From positions 12,357,388-12,421,387 of the forward strand of contig MU057347.1 in the NCBI GenBank assembly GCA_013239625.1: a DNA stretch of 64,000 nucleotides, in the 5' to 3' direction. A program made the translations under genes and the position numbers. The notes under the pieces are model-generated. The model made no database searches. It was not told the origin of the DNA and saw only the letters and a list, made by a program, of their open reading frames with translations. Origin of the DNA: Lama guanicoe. Lineage: Eukaryota. Of this stretch, positions 12,066 through 24,329 are shown piece after piece (positions within the stretch are counted from its first letter, which is position 1; every line of letters begins with the position of its first letter).

Positions 12066-13434
12066 GATTACCAGACAGCGTGATAATATTTGACCATTTT
12101 GAGGTTTCTATGTAGAGAAGGAGTAGTGTTTACAAATATAACCAACAAATTGGAATTCACCCACAGAGATTGCAGGTGCCTGTCTGCTTGGGAGATGGAC
12201 AGGACACTGGGTCATTCACAGAGCACATTTAGGGCAACATGAAAACCTGTTGTCATCCCGTGTTCATGGTCAAGTGTTGTTGTAAAGCAGAATTGTCATT
12301 CCTTCCGGCCTGAGGATGAGGCCACACCCTGTCTGGATGTTCAAAGTGCACGTGTGGCCGCTCTGTCTTCGTGTTTCCTAGACAAGCCTGTGACGAGCAT
12401 GGAACTTGTGTTCCTGTGGGTTCCACATGGCCAGAGCACAAAATACGTACTTCCTGGGAACATTTCTTCCTAAAATTCCCATCATTTCATTTTTAGACAC
12501 AATTCTTGATTTATTTAGAAACAGGTGCAGAAAAGCAATGAAGAATCAGACCTACTTTGCAATGCAACTGGCAATATGTAAAATCTATCGAGGCAGCCTA
12601 CATTACATTTCAGATAAAAAATTATTCTGAGCTAAAAAAGCTGCCCTATGTAATTCATCTTTTCTGTGGTGGGTGGTTGTAACAGTTGCAGACAGATCAT
12701 CATGATACTGGACAGAAGGACTTGTGTTCCCTGGGAACCAGATTCTCCTCCGAGAGCCCCAGAGACCCTGTGTGGGAGATGGCTTTTCTGTCTGCGTGGA
12801 GGAGGGGCTTACATCTTCCAACCAGGGACCCTGAGGTCTGAGCGAGGTGCCCAGGGAGAGTAATCCTCTCTGCTGTGAAATAAAACCAAGGACACAGCCC
12901 ACAGAGGCCCCAATCCCATCCGTTGTCCCCTGTCCCCTGCCCCTTCCTGTGGCTCTGCCTTAGGAGGTGTGGAGTGCGGTGGCCTGAATGATTCCTATCA
13001 ACTCTCTTTGATTCATTGATCAGCCGATGCTGCTCTCCATCTGTTCGGCCTCAGTTGAGTCCCTGTTGGGGTGATGTCAGGAACACAGAAAACCAAGGTT
13101 TTGGATCCGATGGAAATGAAAACCCGAAATCTGCTTTCCCTGTGTTTTCTTTTCTTTTGACATCAAACACTGACAAAAAACAAACCCAAATACAACCGTA
13201 AATGAATTCCATGCGGTGAGTTCCCATGAATCCCTTTGTGACAAGTAGTGGGTCCTTGGAGGTTCTGTAGTGGGGTTTCAAGCATTTGGTTTATTCATCA
13301 GACAACCTTCCACATGGGACTTAGAATTGGTGCTACGTACCCAGGCAGTTTTGAATTATTTTTTCCTCCCCCCTTCTTTTTTTTATTTTTAGCAAAGTAG
13401 CACAAAATTGGTAGGAATCTTTGCAGATCCACTA

Positions 13435-14720
13435 GTCATTCAGTCAACAGTTGTTAACAGACAACATCCTGGGAAACAGGCAGGCACTAGTTCCCTGCCC
13501 TCATGAGGATTCCAGGCTAGAAGGGAAGGTAGCCATTCAAAGAATAAATAGAAATGGTCACATACACTTGGGAGTGAGGGAAAAATGCGGGTGCTGGGAG
13601 AGTAAAGCAGTTTCCCTGGGGGCAGGAGACAGAAGCCTAGGGCTTGGGGGTTGGGAACGGAGGGAAAGCATATTGAAAGGTAGACACCAAGGTAAGTAGG
13701 AATTAGCCAGGCGACTGCAGGTGATGGGAGGGGAAGAATGTTTCAGGCAAAGGGCACAGCATGTGTGAAAGCCTGGAAGGGAGGAGGACACCATGTGTTC
13801 TTGGAACAGAGGAATGTCCCACAGGCTGGAGGTAAGTGAGGCAAGAAAAGGATGGGGTGCTCTCTTCCATTGGTCTGTTCTTTTTCTGGTACCACCTTGA
13901 CTTGATTACTGTAGCTTTATAATAAGTCTTGAAGTTGGGTTGTATCAGTCCTCCAAATTTGTTCTCCTCCTTCACTATCTATCGTGTGGGCTATTCTGGG
14001 TCTTTTGCCTCCTTTCCATATAAACTTTAGAGTCTGTTTGTTGCTGGGGTTTTGATTGAGATGGAATGTATAGATCGAGTTGACACCTTGATGATATTGA
14101 GTCTGCCTATCCATGGACATGGACTAGCTCTCCACGTATTTAGTTCTTTGATTTCTTTTATCAGAGTTTTGAAGTTTTTCTCGTATAGACTTGTATATGT
14201 TGTACATTGTAAGGTTTACATTGAAAAATTTAATTTTGGGGGAAGGGTGCTAATGCAAATGGAATCGACCTTTTAATTTTAAATCCCATTTGCTCATTGT
14301 TGATATAACAGGAAAGCGACTGACTTCCGTACATTAACTTTGTATCCTGAAACCTCGCTGTAACTGCTTATTACTTGGGGGCTGATTCTTTCATATTATC
14401 TAAATAGACAATCATGTCATTTGCAAACAAAGATAGTTTTATTTCTTCTTTCCGATTTGTATAGCTGTTATTCCATTTTCTTGTCTTATTGGGTAAGCTA
14501 GGACTTCTGAATGGGGCACTCTGCAGAGCATAGCAAGTGCAAAGGCTTTGAACTGGGCTGAGTCTGTTCTGTTTGAGGAACTGCAATAAGGCTGGTGGGC
14601 AGGAGCCTGGCAGCAGAGAAGAGAAGGCAGGACCAGACCACCCTGGGCATAGGAAGTGAATGGAGAGTTGGGATGTGCTAGGGCAATGGGAATGTAGTAA
14701 AGGATTTTAGGGAACAGGGT
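13435..14720 (-). mobile_element. L2 interrupted by an L1 fragment
   Basis: L2 tail-like TCATTCAGTCAACA at the left; L2 motif AGCAAGTGCAAAGGC resumes after 14510. Confidence 0.55.
13862..14512 (-). mobile_element. L1 ORF2 relic (reverse transcriptase region)
   Basis: Minus-strand peptides KEEIKLSLFANDMIVYL (FADD motif decayed), KFIWK..KRPRIA and GGLIQPNFKTYYKATVIKSRWY, broken by stops and frameshifts. Confidence 0.92.
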
Positions 14721-14885
14721 ACCATTTGGGGATGTTGCATATTCTGGGACTCTCAGTAAAGTAAATTAATAGTTTGAATGTTAAGAAGGTATTTGTGTTT
14801 GCAGAGACAAATGAGATTACTTTATAACTGTATGATAAAATCATGTAAAAAGTGCTCAAAACTAGTTTTTTTAAAGGCTATTCAA

Positions 14886-14925
14886 GTCTACAGCCATACC
14901 ACCCTGAACGCGCCCGATCTCGTCT
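14886..14925 (+). pseudogene. 3'-truncated, tailless 5S rRNA retropseudogene (nt 1-40)
   Basis: GTCTACAGCCATACCACCCTGAACGCGCCCGATCTCGTCT matches the mammalian 5S 5' end with one mismatch; flanked by the exact repeat AAAGGCTATTCAA (14873-14885 and 14926-14938). Confidence 0.95.
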
Positions 14926-15299
14926 AAAGGCTATTCAAAACGTTAGATTTATTACTGAAATTCATGATGGTTATGCATTTTCAAGTTGACAGAGAGCAGA
15001 GACGTTTACTGAGTGGCATTAATATGTTAGAGATACCAATTTAAAACCAAACCACTGATTTTTATACCTTCCAAAGCAATTTGACTGCTGGGTTTCTTTC
15101 TCAAACACAAGTAGAGAATGTTAATGAATGCTTTGAACATTTCTTTCCTTACATCATTTTATAAGCTTTGATATCAGAATTTTAATTGAAAATAAAATTT
15201 CAATTATTAAAAGACCTGTATATTTTATGAAAGGCCCTGTATTTTGCAAAAACTATTGGGAAATATGCTTTTTACCTGGTAGCTGTTGGCAACTTTAAG

Positions 15300-15830
15300 T
15301 AACTTTTTTCTTTCTGATTTTTAAAAGATTTGCTCATTCTAGAAAATTTGGAAAATTACTCTAAAGAAGGAAGTGAAATCCAACTATAATTATGCTCCTC
15401 ATATGTTACCACTGTTGGCATCTTGGTTTATCTCTTACTCAAGTCTTTTTCTCTGAATGTGGGTGTATATGCGATGGGAGCAGAATATACAGAGTTTTAT
15501 ATCCTGTTTTTTTTTTTTCACTTCACATGATATCATGCACCTTTCCTATGCTAGGAAAAACTTCTTGTAAACATATCATAAAATTATCCTTGAATGTTCC
15601 CTTGTCTAGACAATTTATGCCATCTTCTCCATTCTTACACTGTTGAACAATTGTGTTGTTCCCATTTCTTGCTTTTCAAATTTACGTGGCAATAAACATA
15701 TTGCTAGGTAACTTTGGTTCACATTTATGACTCACTTCTTAAGATACAGTCTTATGTGTACAATGATTTCATCAGGAGTTAACTTTGTTTTTTTTTTTAA
15801 GCTCTTGGTTTGGCCACCGTATTGTTTTTG
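15300..15830 (-). mobile_element. Old L1 (L1ME-like) fragment
   Basis: TAGAAAATTTGGAAAAT, ACCACTGTTGGCATCTTGG and T-rich decayed L1ME-type text. Confidence 0.5.
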
Positions 15831-15849
15831 GAGACACTGGGACAGACAG

Positions 15850-16530
15850 CCCCCACTGGTGGGCGTTCTGTGCCCACGTGACCCTGGCCTCCGGGCACAG
15901 AGAGTGCACATCCGAGTTGCTCTTTTGATTTGCAGAGTTCGCTGTCGAGACCAGCTCGTCCTGGGTTCCACCTTCTCAGGGCCGGAGAGGAGCCCGCCTT
16001 CAGCCAGCGAGGAAGCCGAGTCCCCGCTGACCGAGAGGCACCTGTGCCCCCGCAGCCCCGTGTGACGAGGGTGTCCAGCGCTTCACTTGGAGAGGAACTG
16101 CGTCAGGGGCCCCGGGTGTCGACGGGCGCTGCTCTGTACCGGAATCCAAACCTGCTCCCTGATGGGAGGCCGAGGGAGTCAGCGCTGGTGGGTCTGTGCA
16201 GGTAACCCTGGCTCGCCCCCTTCCCCTCCTGAGGTCGGGGTGCTCGCGGAGGCAGGCGCATCTGCGGCGCATTGTGACCGGGCCCCGCGCACCGTGTCCT
16301 GCTGGCGCCCCGCCTCCTGACACCTCGTCAGTCCCGCTGGGCGCCGGGCCCCGCCGACCGACCGCTTCGCCCTGGAGGCCGGTCCCAGAGCCTATTTCAC
16401 GGCTCAGTCACAAGGAAAACGAGCAGGACTTTCCCATTTCGTCTGTTAAATGATTTAGTTCACGAGGGACTCAGTCCCCATGGCATCCCGGCGCGGCCTG
16501 GTTCCCGGGTCACTGTCAAATCCCCATCCT
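15850..16530. promoter_or_regulatory. CpG island
   Basis: High GC and visibly dense CpG compared with the CpG-depleted flanks. Confidence 0.7.
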
Positions 16531-17909
16531 GTTGCAGCCACCCAAACCCCGTCAGGCTCTGCGCTGGGCCCCAGCAGAAGTCGCACCGCTGGGCCCTGGG
16601 GGACACCTGGTCGAGGTGACTGAGGCTGGAAGGGGAGGGGAGCAGAGTGTGTCCGATCATTTCATGCAGCTGATGTGTGGAGCGACACTGCGAGGGACGG
16701 GATCCAATCCCCACTGAGGACAGGGTCCCAGGGACACACAGCTGATAAATGTCTAATTAAATGTTAAGAAGAACTGTTATTCCTGGAGCAGTTTTAGCCC
16801 CCGAGGACTTCAAGCTCCTGACCTTGTTCACACCCATGTTTACATGCAAATCATCGCCCCCTCCCCTTCCCACATCCTCCTGCTTTTGGGGGGCAGTGAG
16901 AAAAAAGCCTGGCCAGCCCTCGAGTCAAAACAGGTGACACAGGGCGTGAGCGTGAGAGCCCGGGCTGGTCTGCTGGTGGGAGATTCTAGAGGGGGACACA
17001 AGCCAAGGGCCTGAGTCAACCGCCAAGTCCTGAACAGTGGCCCCGCCCAGCCTGTCCCACGGTCTCCACGGTGGTCTCCCATGGGGGCGCCCCCTGGAGC
17101 TCTTGATGCTTCTGAAGGCGTCAAGGTCCCAAGGTTCCTTGGAGATGCTCTGTCACCCATGATGTGCCAGGAAGACCCTCCTGAGACTGAAGATTCAGGA
17201 ACCCGTCCTGGTAAAGGTGGTGATTGCATCAGTCAGGTTCTGAGGTTGCAGGAGACAGAATCCAGAGTGGATTCTGAGGCCAAGGCAAGAGGAATGACCA
17301 GAAGGAAATGGGGGAGCAGAGCACTGGTCCTCAGAGGGGCGGGAGCCAGGGCGTCCTTGGGTCTGACAGCAGGAGGAGACGGGCAGAAGGTGGGAATCGG
17401 TGAATTAGATCCTCCAGGGAGAACTGACTTACCCATGGGAGGGAAAGGGCCAGAGCACCAGTGTCCACTCTGGGAGCCAGTCCCCAGCCCGATCCCTCTT
17501 CCCCAACCCTGTCAGGGACCCTCCCTCCTTCCCCCACCTCCTCTCCTTCCTTCCTTTGAAGTTAATAGTAGCCACAAACACTAGAAACGAGTCTCAATAT
17601 CTAAAAGCCATTTTTCAGTCATCACCAACTTGGTCTTGTATTTGCTCTCTTTGTATCTTGGTCTCTAAAATGAGCGTAAAATCAACATCGAGGAAAAAGA
17701 AATGTGAATTGGGTGGACGGTCAGGGGAGGGACCTTCAATCTGTCAAAATGGTCTTTTTCATGTAGAAAATGTCAGCAGATGGATAAAATCTGTCACCAA
17801 GTTGGTTTCAACCCAGAGGTGAGTGTCATTGGAATGACATTTATTCAAAAAATATCACAGTAAAAGACTTGTAAAAGACACTCTCGTGAATGGTAGGAAC
17901 CTGATACAT

Positions 17910-18312
17910 GGTGATTAGTCAGGGGTTGCCAGAGAGCAGAACCAGGAGGATGTGTGTAGAGAGAGATGTTTTAAAAAGAAATTGGCTCATACAATTATGG
18001 AGCCTGGGAAGTCCAAAACCTGCAGGATGGGCCAGTATGCTGGAGATCCAAGGGAGAGTGGATGCTGTAGTTCAAGTTCAAAGGCTGTCCACTGCTGAAT
18101 CCTCTCTTCCTCAGGGNNNNNNNNNNNNNNNNNNNNNNNNNNNNNNNNNNNNNNNNNNNNNNNNNNNNNNNNNNNNNNNNNNNNNNNNNNNNNNNNNNNN
18201 NNNNNNNNNNNNNNNNNNNNNNNNNNNNNNNNNNNNNNNNNNNNNNNNNNNNNNNNNNNNNNNNNNNNNNNNNNNNACTATGGCCAAACCAAGTCGACAC
18301 AAAACAATCACA
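17910..18312 (-). mobile_element. MLT2-type ERVL LTR spanning an assembly gap
   Basis: ATTAGTCAGGG...AATTGGCTCATACAATTATGGAG..GAAGTCCAAAA; ends CCAAGTCGACACAAAACAATCACA. Confidence 0.8.
18117..18276. other. Assembly gap
   Basis: Run of N. Confidence 1.
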
Positions 18313-18419
18313 CCTGGGTTTGGGTTTTCAACCTTCTGATTTCTGAACATCAAAGAGGGGTAGGATTTAAAATTTTCTGTTCACCAGTATAAACGTCATC
18401 AATTGTTTCTTTTTGTCTC

Positions 18420-19020
18420 CTGAGAGCAGCATCTCAGGAACCACCATGCCTTCATGTTTGGGTCAAGTGGTCCCCTGTTTCATTCCCCTGGACACTGTGA
18501 TTGGTCCAGCAACGGGCATGTGACTGAAGGCGGGGAGAGACAGCTGGGACTTTGCTGAAACTGTTGAGAACGAGGATTATCCTTTCTGTTGGAGTCACTG
18601 AGGGACTTTGTGGTAGAGCTGCTGGTGCCATCTTGCCACCTCATATGAGGAAGCTTCCTGAGAATGGAGCCAACACAGAGGAAGGCAAGGCTGAGAGAGA
18701 GAGAATCACAAGGAATCTAGGTGTAGCTGTACCCCAAGGAAAATAAACCTATGAACTTCTCAGTTATGGTGGCCAGTGCATTCTTTTTCTTTTTAATTAA
18801 AAAATTTTTGGTAGGGGGAGGTAATTAGGTTTGTTTTATTTATCTATCTATCCATTTTTTAATGGAGATACTGGGGATTGAGCCCAGAACCTTGTGCATT
18901 CTAAGCATGCTCTCTACCACTGAGCTATACCCTCCTCCACCAATGCATTCTTTCTTCTCTTAAATGGTTCAGATTTGGTTTTTGTCTCCTGATTCAGAAA
19001 CCAAAGATCCTGATTCATAT
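18420..19020 (+). mobile_element. ERVL LTR (LTR16-like) interrupted by a SINE
   Basis: GTGATTGGTCC..GGGCATGTGAC, GCCATCTTGCCACC and GAATGGAGCCAACACAGAGGAAGGCA motifs. Confidence 0.65.
18787..18938 (-). mobile_element. tRNA-derived SINE (camelid Vic-1-like), long-tail form
   Basis: Minus strand GGGTATAGCTCAGTGGTAGAG (A box)..GGGCTCAATCCCCAGTATCTCCATTAAAAA (B box); TSD CCAGTGCATTCTTT / CCAATGCATTCTTT. Confidence 0.85.
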
Positions 19021-19599
19021 CCCTGGAGATAGGAAATCTTTAAAAAAACAACAAAAAAAAAACCCCAACTAGATGGTACTATTAATAGGAATTAAGCCAT
19101 GATTATCATGACTGACAGAGACAGAATTATATATAAGTATGATAATCTCTTCACTCTGATATTAAAATAAAAAATAAGCGGAAAGAGAGACCCAATCAAA
19201 GCTCTGGAAAGTTATTTCACGGAGAAGAAATGGAGGACAGAGACTGACCTGAAAACGGCTGTTCAAGAGGAAACGTAGCCTTGAGCACATCACTTGCCAC
19301 CTTGAGGTGCACAATGATTGCTCAGGAGCCTTGATGGCAGAGTCACCATCCACAGCGTGGTGGGGTGTCATGGCAGGACCCCACGGGGCCCCAGCTAGTC
19401 CGCCTTTGCTGTGATTAGCTGGGGCCTGATACCTGACAAATGAGTGTGCCTTGGGCGGAGGCTGGTCCCTTGAGCAGGAGAACAGCCTGATGTTCATCCA
19501 TGTTCCTGCTGTTTCATATGTTTGATTTGTAATTGTTGTACTAAATATTGAATAGGAAAGAAAGGACATTTATGCAAATGTGGGAAGTGTGAAGAATAT

Positions 19600-20960
19600 T
19601 GACGCAGTGAACACATGTGACATCTCCCTCGCTGAAGACAAAGAAGTTGCAGAAGTAGAATGTTGATGCTCCTGGGAACCACTCTTGAACCCCAGCCCCT
19701 TCCCTTCCCCCACAAAGGAAACGATGATCCTGATTTTGTCTCTACAATACCTGTGTTTTTCTTCATAGCTTCGCCATAGATGTGTACATCACATACATGA
19801 GTATAACAAGGCTGTTACATAGACTGAATGTCTGTGTCCTTGAAATTCACACATTGAAACCCTAACCCCTGATGTGACGGTATTACAGGTGGGGCTCGGG
19901 GGTGATTAGGTTGTGAGGGTGGAGCCCTCATGAACGGGATTAGTGCCCTTATAGGAGGGCCCTTTGTGCCATGGGAGGACACGGTGAAAAGAACAAGGAA
20001 GTGCGGTTTCACCAGATACTGAATCAGCCACTGCCCTGATTTTTGGTCTCTTCCGCTTCCAGAACTGTGAGGAATAAATATTTTTGTTTAAGCCACTCAG
20101 TCTACGATATTTGTTTCAGCAGCTTGAATGGACTGAGACCACAGCACTTAGTTTTAGAACTTTGGTATTAGGAATTCTACTGTGCAAAGGCTTCTGTGTT
20201 CACACTTGCTGTGCACATTTACCACATGTCTATTTTTGCTCACGGTTCTCTTCCCGTGACCCCTCCGTGTTGATGTAGTAGTCTGTGGTTTATTTTCCAT
20301 TATATGATGGTAACAGGATACACGTATCCATCCTCCCACCGATGAGCATCTGGGGTCATGAAGGACAGTGTTGCTATGAACATTTATACACTTCTCCTGT
20401 CCACAAGTGCACGTTTTTTTCTAGTCAGTAGCTTTCATTTTTTGGATTTCATCCCAGATAAGAAATATAATTTGCATCATAATCCACACCACCCACACAC
20501 ACACCTCCCCCTTCACATGGGTGTCTGACTAAGATTTCACAACATATTTTTACCCTTACAATGTGTGAGTGTGCTGTGATCTATTTTATTTCACTTCAAA
20601 ATGCTGGTATTTTCAAGACCCATGAATGGAGACCCTGCCCTTGGTTATACACCAAGGAGTGGAATTCCTGGACCATTATGTGTGCGTAGCTGCAAAGTAA
20701 CCAGAAAAAGCCGAGCATTTCTCTGCAAATGGTTGCAATGACTTCTCTCCCGCCAGCAGTGGGTGAGAATTCTCCCCGACACTTGAAGATATTGGGTTGT
20801 GAGATTTTTAGACAATCTTTTCATGCTTTTAACTGGCCATTCATTCACATTTCCTCTTCAGCAAAGGGCTGGCTCAGCCTTCACCTATTGCCTATTGAAC
20901 TGTTGGAATTTTGGTCCTTTTCCTTTTCTTCAGGGGAGTCTTCATGTATTCTGGATGTTA
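19600..20960 (-). mobile_element. Old L1 (L1ME-like) fragments with nested elements
   Basis: TTGCTATGAACATT, GGAGTGGAATTCCTGGACCAT and CAAATGGTTGCA..CCCGCCAGCAGTGGGTGAGAATT motifs. Confidence 0.65.
19813..20139 (+). mobile_element. MaLR LTR (MLT1A-like)
   Basis: GACTGAATGTCTGTGTCC...GGAGCCCTCATGAACGGGATTAGTGCCCTTATA...CCAGAACTGTGAG-AATAAA...GACTGAGAC. Confidence 0.88.
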
Positions 20961-21169
20961 ACCCTGGTGACTGTATGTGGGAAACACTGGTTCTAATGCA
21001 CCAGGATCAACCTGAAGAATGCGCCTCTTAGTTTGTCAGAACTTTCTGAGGGTCCTAAAAACTCTCGGGGAAGGGTGGGGCCAGGCAGAGAGTCCCTGCC
21101 GGGCACATGGGGTCCTGGGAGGGGCGAGCATTTTCTGCCTTCTTGTGGTGAGCTGGAACCCCGCTAGGT

Positions 21170-21490
21170 GCTTCTCACTTAATCCTCCTAAAACTCCAGT
21201 GAGATGGGTATTTCTACCCCATTTCTAGACAGGCCACTGAGAACCAGAGGGGTTAACTGGGTTGCCCAACTTTAGACACCTCCTCCTTGGGATTCGGGCC
21301 TTTCTTACTGCAAAACTGGCGTTTCAGAAACAACATTGTTCTGTTTCCTCAATGAGGCGGGTCCTGGTAGGTTCTACTTACAAATGAGAACGTGGAGGCA
21401 TAGAAGGTCTAAGTCCTGTGTTTAAGGTGATGTGGGTATTACGTGGCACCGTTACGATCCAAACGCACGTTGACCTAACTCCAGCCCACC
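21170..21490 (-). mobile_element. Two MIR fragments
   Basis: CACTTAATCCTC..CCCCATTTCTAGACAGGCCACTGAG and TTACAAATGAGAACGTGGAGGCATAGA. Confidence 0.55.
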
Positions 21491-22647
21491 CCCCACTCAA
21501 CCCCCATCCTCACAGCCCATCTCTTGTGGGTGAAATGGATGCCCCAGGGTGGCTGTGTCCGTCCAAGTGTGAGATGAGGTTGTCATGCCAACACGGTCAT
21601 GGAGAGAGAGACTGAAATGCCTCTGGGGAACCCCTCTCGGATGTACCAGCCTCTGCTTGAGGGAGGTTCATGCTGGTTCCAGCATCCAGGAAAAACTCCA
21701 GCATCTAGGTAAGTTTTCTACTCAAGATTTTTCATGACTCCCAAGCTAGGGACTCCGTAAGAGTGCTCCCCGTGGAATAAGAGACTGCACAGCAAAGCCA
21801 GAGATGCCACAGACACATTCACTAGAGATCTGCAGAGTAGAGAGAGCCCAACAGTCCAAAAGGACATTCTGGGCTGACCGGCACCGGTCACTGTTGGCTC
21901 AGTCCAACCTGCTTCGTGAACAAGACGGGACTGCTGACGTATCCCCTCCAGGCCCCCGTGTGGCCGGATGGCCCAGGGGCCTGCTCTGCCCAGGCCTCTT
22001 CTCTGTGGCATTTCTCACGTTCACCCCCTCCCAAGTCTGACCCATTTATGAGCCTCATTACACCTGGCACAGAGAACGAGGCTTGGCAAATGGCTCATAA
22101 GGCATCTTTTTAAAGGTTAATGGTCACTGGCGAGGGAAGAAAGGGCCACCGAGCATCTATGCTCTCTTTGATGATGTGGGTTTTTCAGTTAAGTGAAAAT
22201 AAGAGTCACGTCTCCTTACAGGTACCTGGTCTGATTACCAAGCAGCCAAAGAGGCCTCGGGGTGTCTTGGAAGATGGAACCATCAGCCCTGTGTGAGCTA
22301 CAAGTGCTTTAGGTAAGCTGCTCCTGGGGGAGGGGGAGGGTCAAGTGACCCCCAGCCCCTCTGCCTGCTCCCCCCAACAGAGCTGTGTGTGTGTGGAGAC
22401 GAGGTTCTGGAGAGTTCCATGCTCTGGCCGGTAAGCTCCGGGACAGTAGGGTTAAGGTCTGTTTTCAGATTCATTGTTCACGGTGCCTGGCACCTGCTCC
22501 GGCCACGGCAGGGGTGCAGGTGTCGGGCTGATGTCAGATAGTGGGCCTTCCCGGGTGGCTCTGGGGCACGGAGAGAAACTGTCCCAAGGGCTCTCCTGGT
22601 CACACCTCCCCAAACTCACACAGCCTTTCTCGGTGAGACGGTGACTG

Positions 22648-23057
22648 TGTGTTAGTCAGGATGAGTTTCAGCAGCTGCTACGACAATAACCTCCAAATCT
22701 CAGAGGTTAAGACGCAGGGGTCCTTTCTGCTCCTGTCTCAGTCTGACTTGGTGGAGCCCCTGTCCTGGCAAGACCTCCTCCTAGTGGTGGCTTGGGGAGT
22801 TGGGCTCCTTCAATCGTTTCCAGATTCAACTTGCAAGTTCAAGTTCACTGTGTAAGGGGACGGGAGACCAGTGGTTCGTACAGAGGGTTTTATGGCCCAG
22901 CCTGGCATTGTTTTACATCCCTTGCACCTTTGTTCTCTCTTGGTCAGAACTCAGGCACATGTCTTCAGATTCACGGTGAGGAGGCTGAGAAGTGTCATTG
23001 TCCTGTGTGCCCAGGAAGGAGAAACGGGGCTGGCGAGCAGCTGGCCAGTCTGTCACA
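22648..23057 (-). mobile_element. MaLR LTR (MLT1-type)
   Basis: TGTTAGTCAGGAT...AACCTCCAAATCTCAG; ends GCCAGTCTGTCACA. Confidence 0.7.
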
Positions 23058-23079
23058 CCTGATGCGGGCTCGTGTGGTC

Positions 23080-23760
23080 CATTCACCCGATGTGCACAGT
23101 GTTTACTGAGCAGGCTCTGTTCTAGGCACTGGGAACACAGCCAGGAACAAGACAGATGAAGTTCTGGCCTCGTGGAACCTCCATTCTCCTGGAGGAGAGA
23201 CAATAAACTAATAAACAAAATGAATGTTTGCTACAATGCCAGTTAGGGGTTGGTGATAACTGCGAGGCCACTAAGGGAGGACAAGGGGCTGGAGAGGGAT
23301 GGACAAGCTATGATATAAAAGTGCTTGGGCGACTGCTCTGACCTGCTGACCTTGAGCATGGGCGGGAGGTGCAGGGCAAGCCTGGGAATAATCAGGGAGA
23401 AGGGGTTTCCAGGCAGAGGGAACAGAGGTGCTGAGGCGCAGAGGCCAGTGTGTGCTGGGCCGTTTGAGGGCAGCGGGCAGGGAGGTTGGACAGGCCGAGG
23501 GTGGAAGGAGGGGGTGGCTAGGGAGGTTGGAGAGGTTGTGGGGGGAAGGGTTTCAGGGTCATTCTGGGCTGAGTGGGGGCTGGGCGCAGGCTGCACCATG
23601 ACTTGGTCCTGGGTCCTGGGTCCTGGGTCCTGGGTCCTGGGTCAGAGGAGCCCCTCTGGCCACTGGGAGGAAAAAGGCAAGGCCTGAGGCTGGAGAGGGC
23701 AGCGGCTGTGAAGTTAGAAACCATGGAGGCAGCAATGCGGGGTGGGGGTCTGGTAAGTGG
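23080..23760 (-). mobile_element. L2
   Basis: TTTACTGAGC..TGTTCTAGGCACTGGGAACACAG and TTCCAGGCAGAGGGAACAG. Confidence 0.75.
23604..23643. repeat. (TGGGTCC)n heptamer tandem repeat, about 5.5 copies
   Basis: Read directly from the sequence. Confidence 0.95.
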
Positions 23761-23942
23761 GGAGGGCAGCAGGCTAGTGAATGGCCCGATGGTATGTTCA
23801 CTCTTGTCACCTTGTTCCCTGCACCTTCGGGTTGGAACTCTCTCGCTGGGTGTAAAAGGCATTGATTAGGAAGGACTTTTCCTCCATCAGGAGGCTCATG
23901 GGACCATCTTGCTTTACAAAAAGCACTTGACAAATGGATGTG

Positions 23943-23964
23943 TGAATGAATGAATGAATGAATG
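23943..23964 (+). repeat. (TGAA)n L2 tail
   Basis: TGAATGAATGAATGAATGAATG. Confidence 0.8.
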
Positions 23965-24329
23965 ACTGGTCTGATTCTCAGTAGATGTAGAAGCAAATTA
24001 TGACCACTTGACCAAGGAGAATGTTCATGAGAACTGCTGTTTCCTGAGGACAAGGATGGGCCATTTCCTGTCTGGGCCGCTGTGTCCCTGTGGGTAAAAT
24101 GGAAGTGTGCTTAACTAGTTTCAACGGACATCTCAGGAGGTAAGCACCCGGGACCAGGCTGTGCGTCTTGCCAAGTTCTAAAGGGACAGTGGGGAAACTC
24201 CTGTCACTCCACAGCGGGGAGGGGCGCCCGCCGAGACTCCCACCTGGAGCAGGTGGGCCTGTGACTCTTTCCTCATGTTTCCTCCCTCACCTCGGGCTCC
24301 TGGCCCCTGCCTGCCTCTCGGACCTCCCC

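Noticed and set aside
14886-14925. Functional 5S rRNA gene
   Set aside because: Only 40 of about 120 nt; no internal control region or terminator
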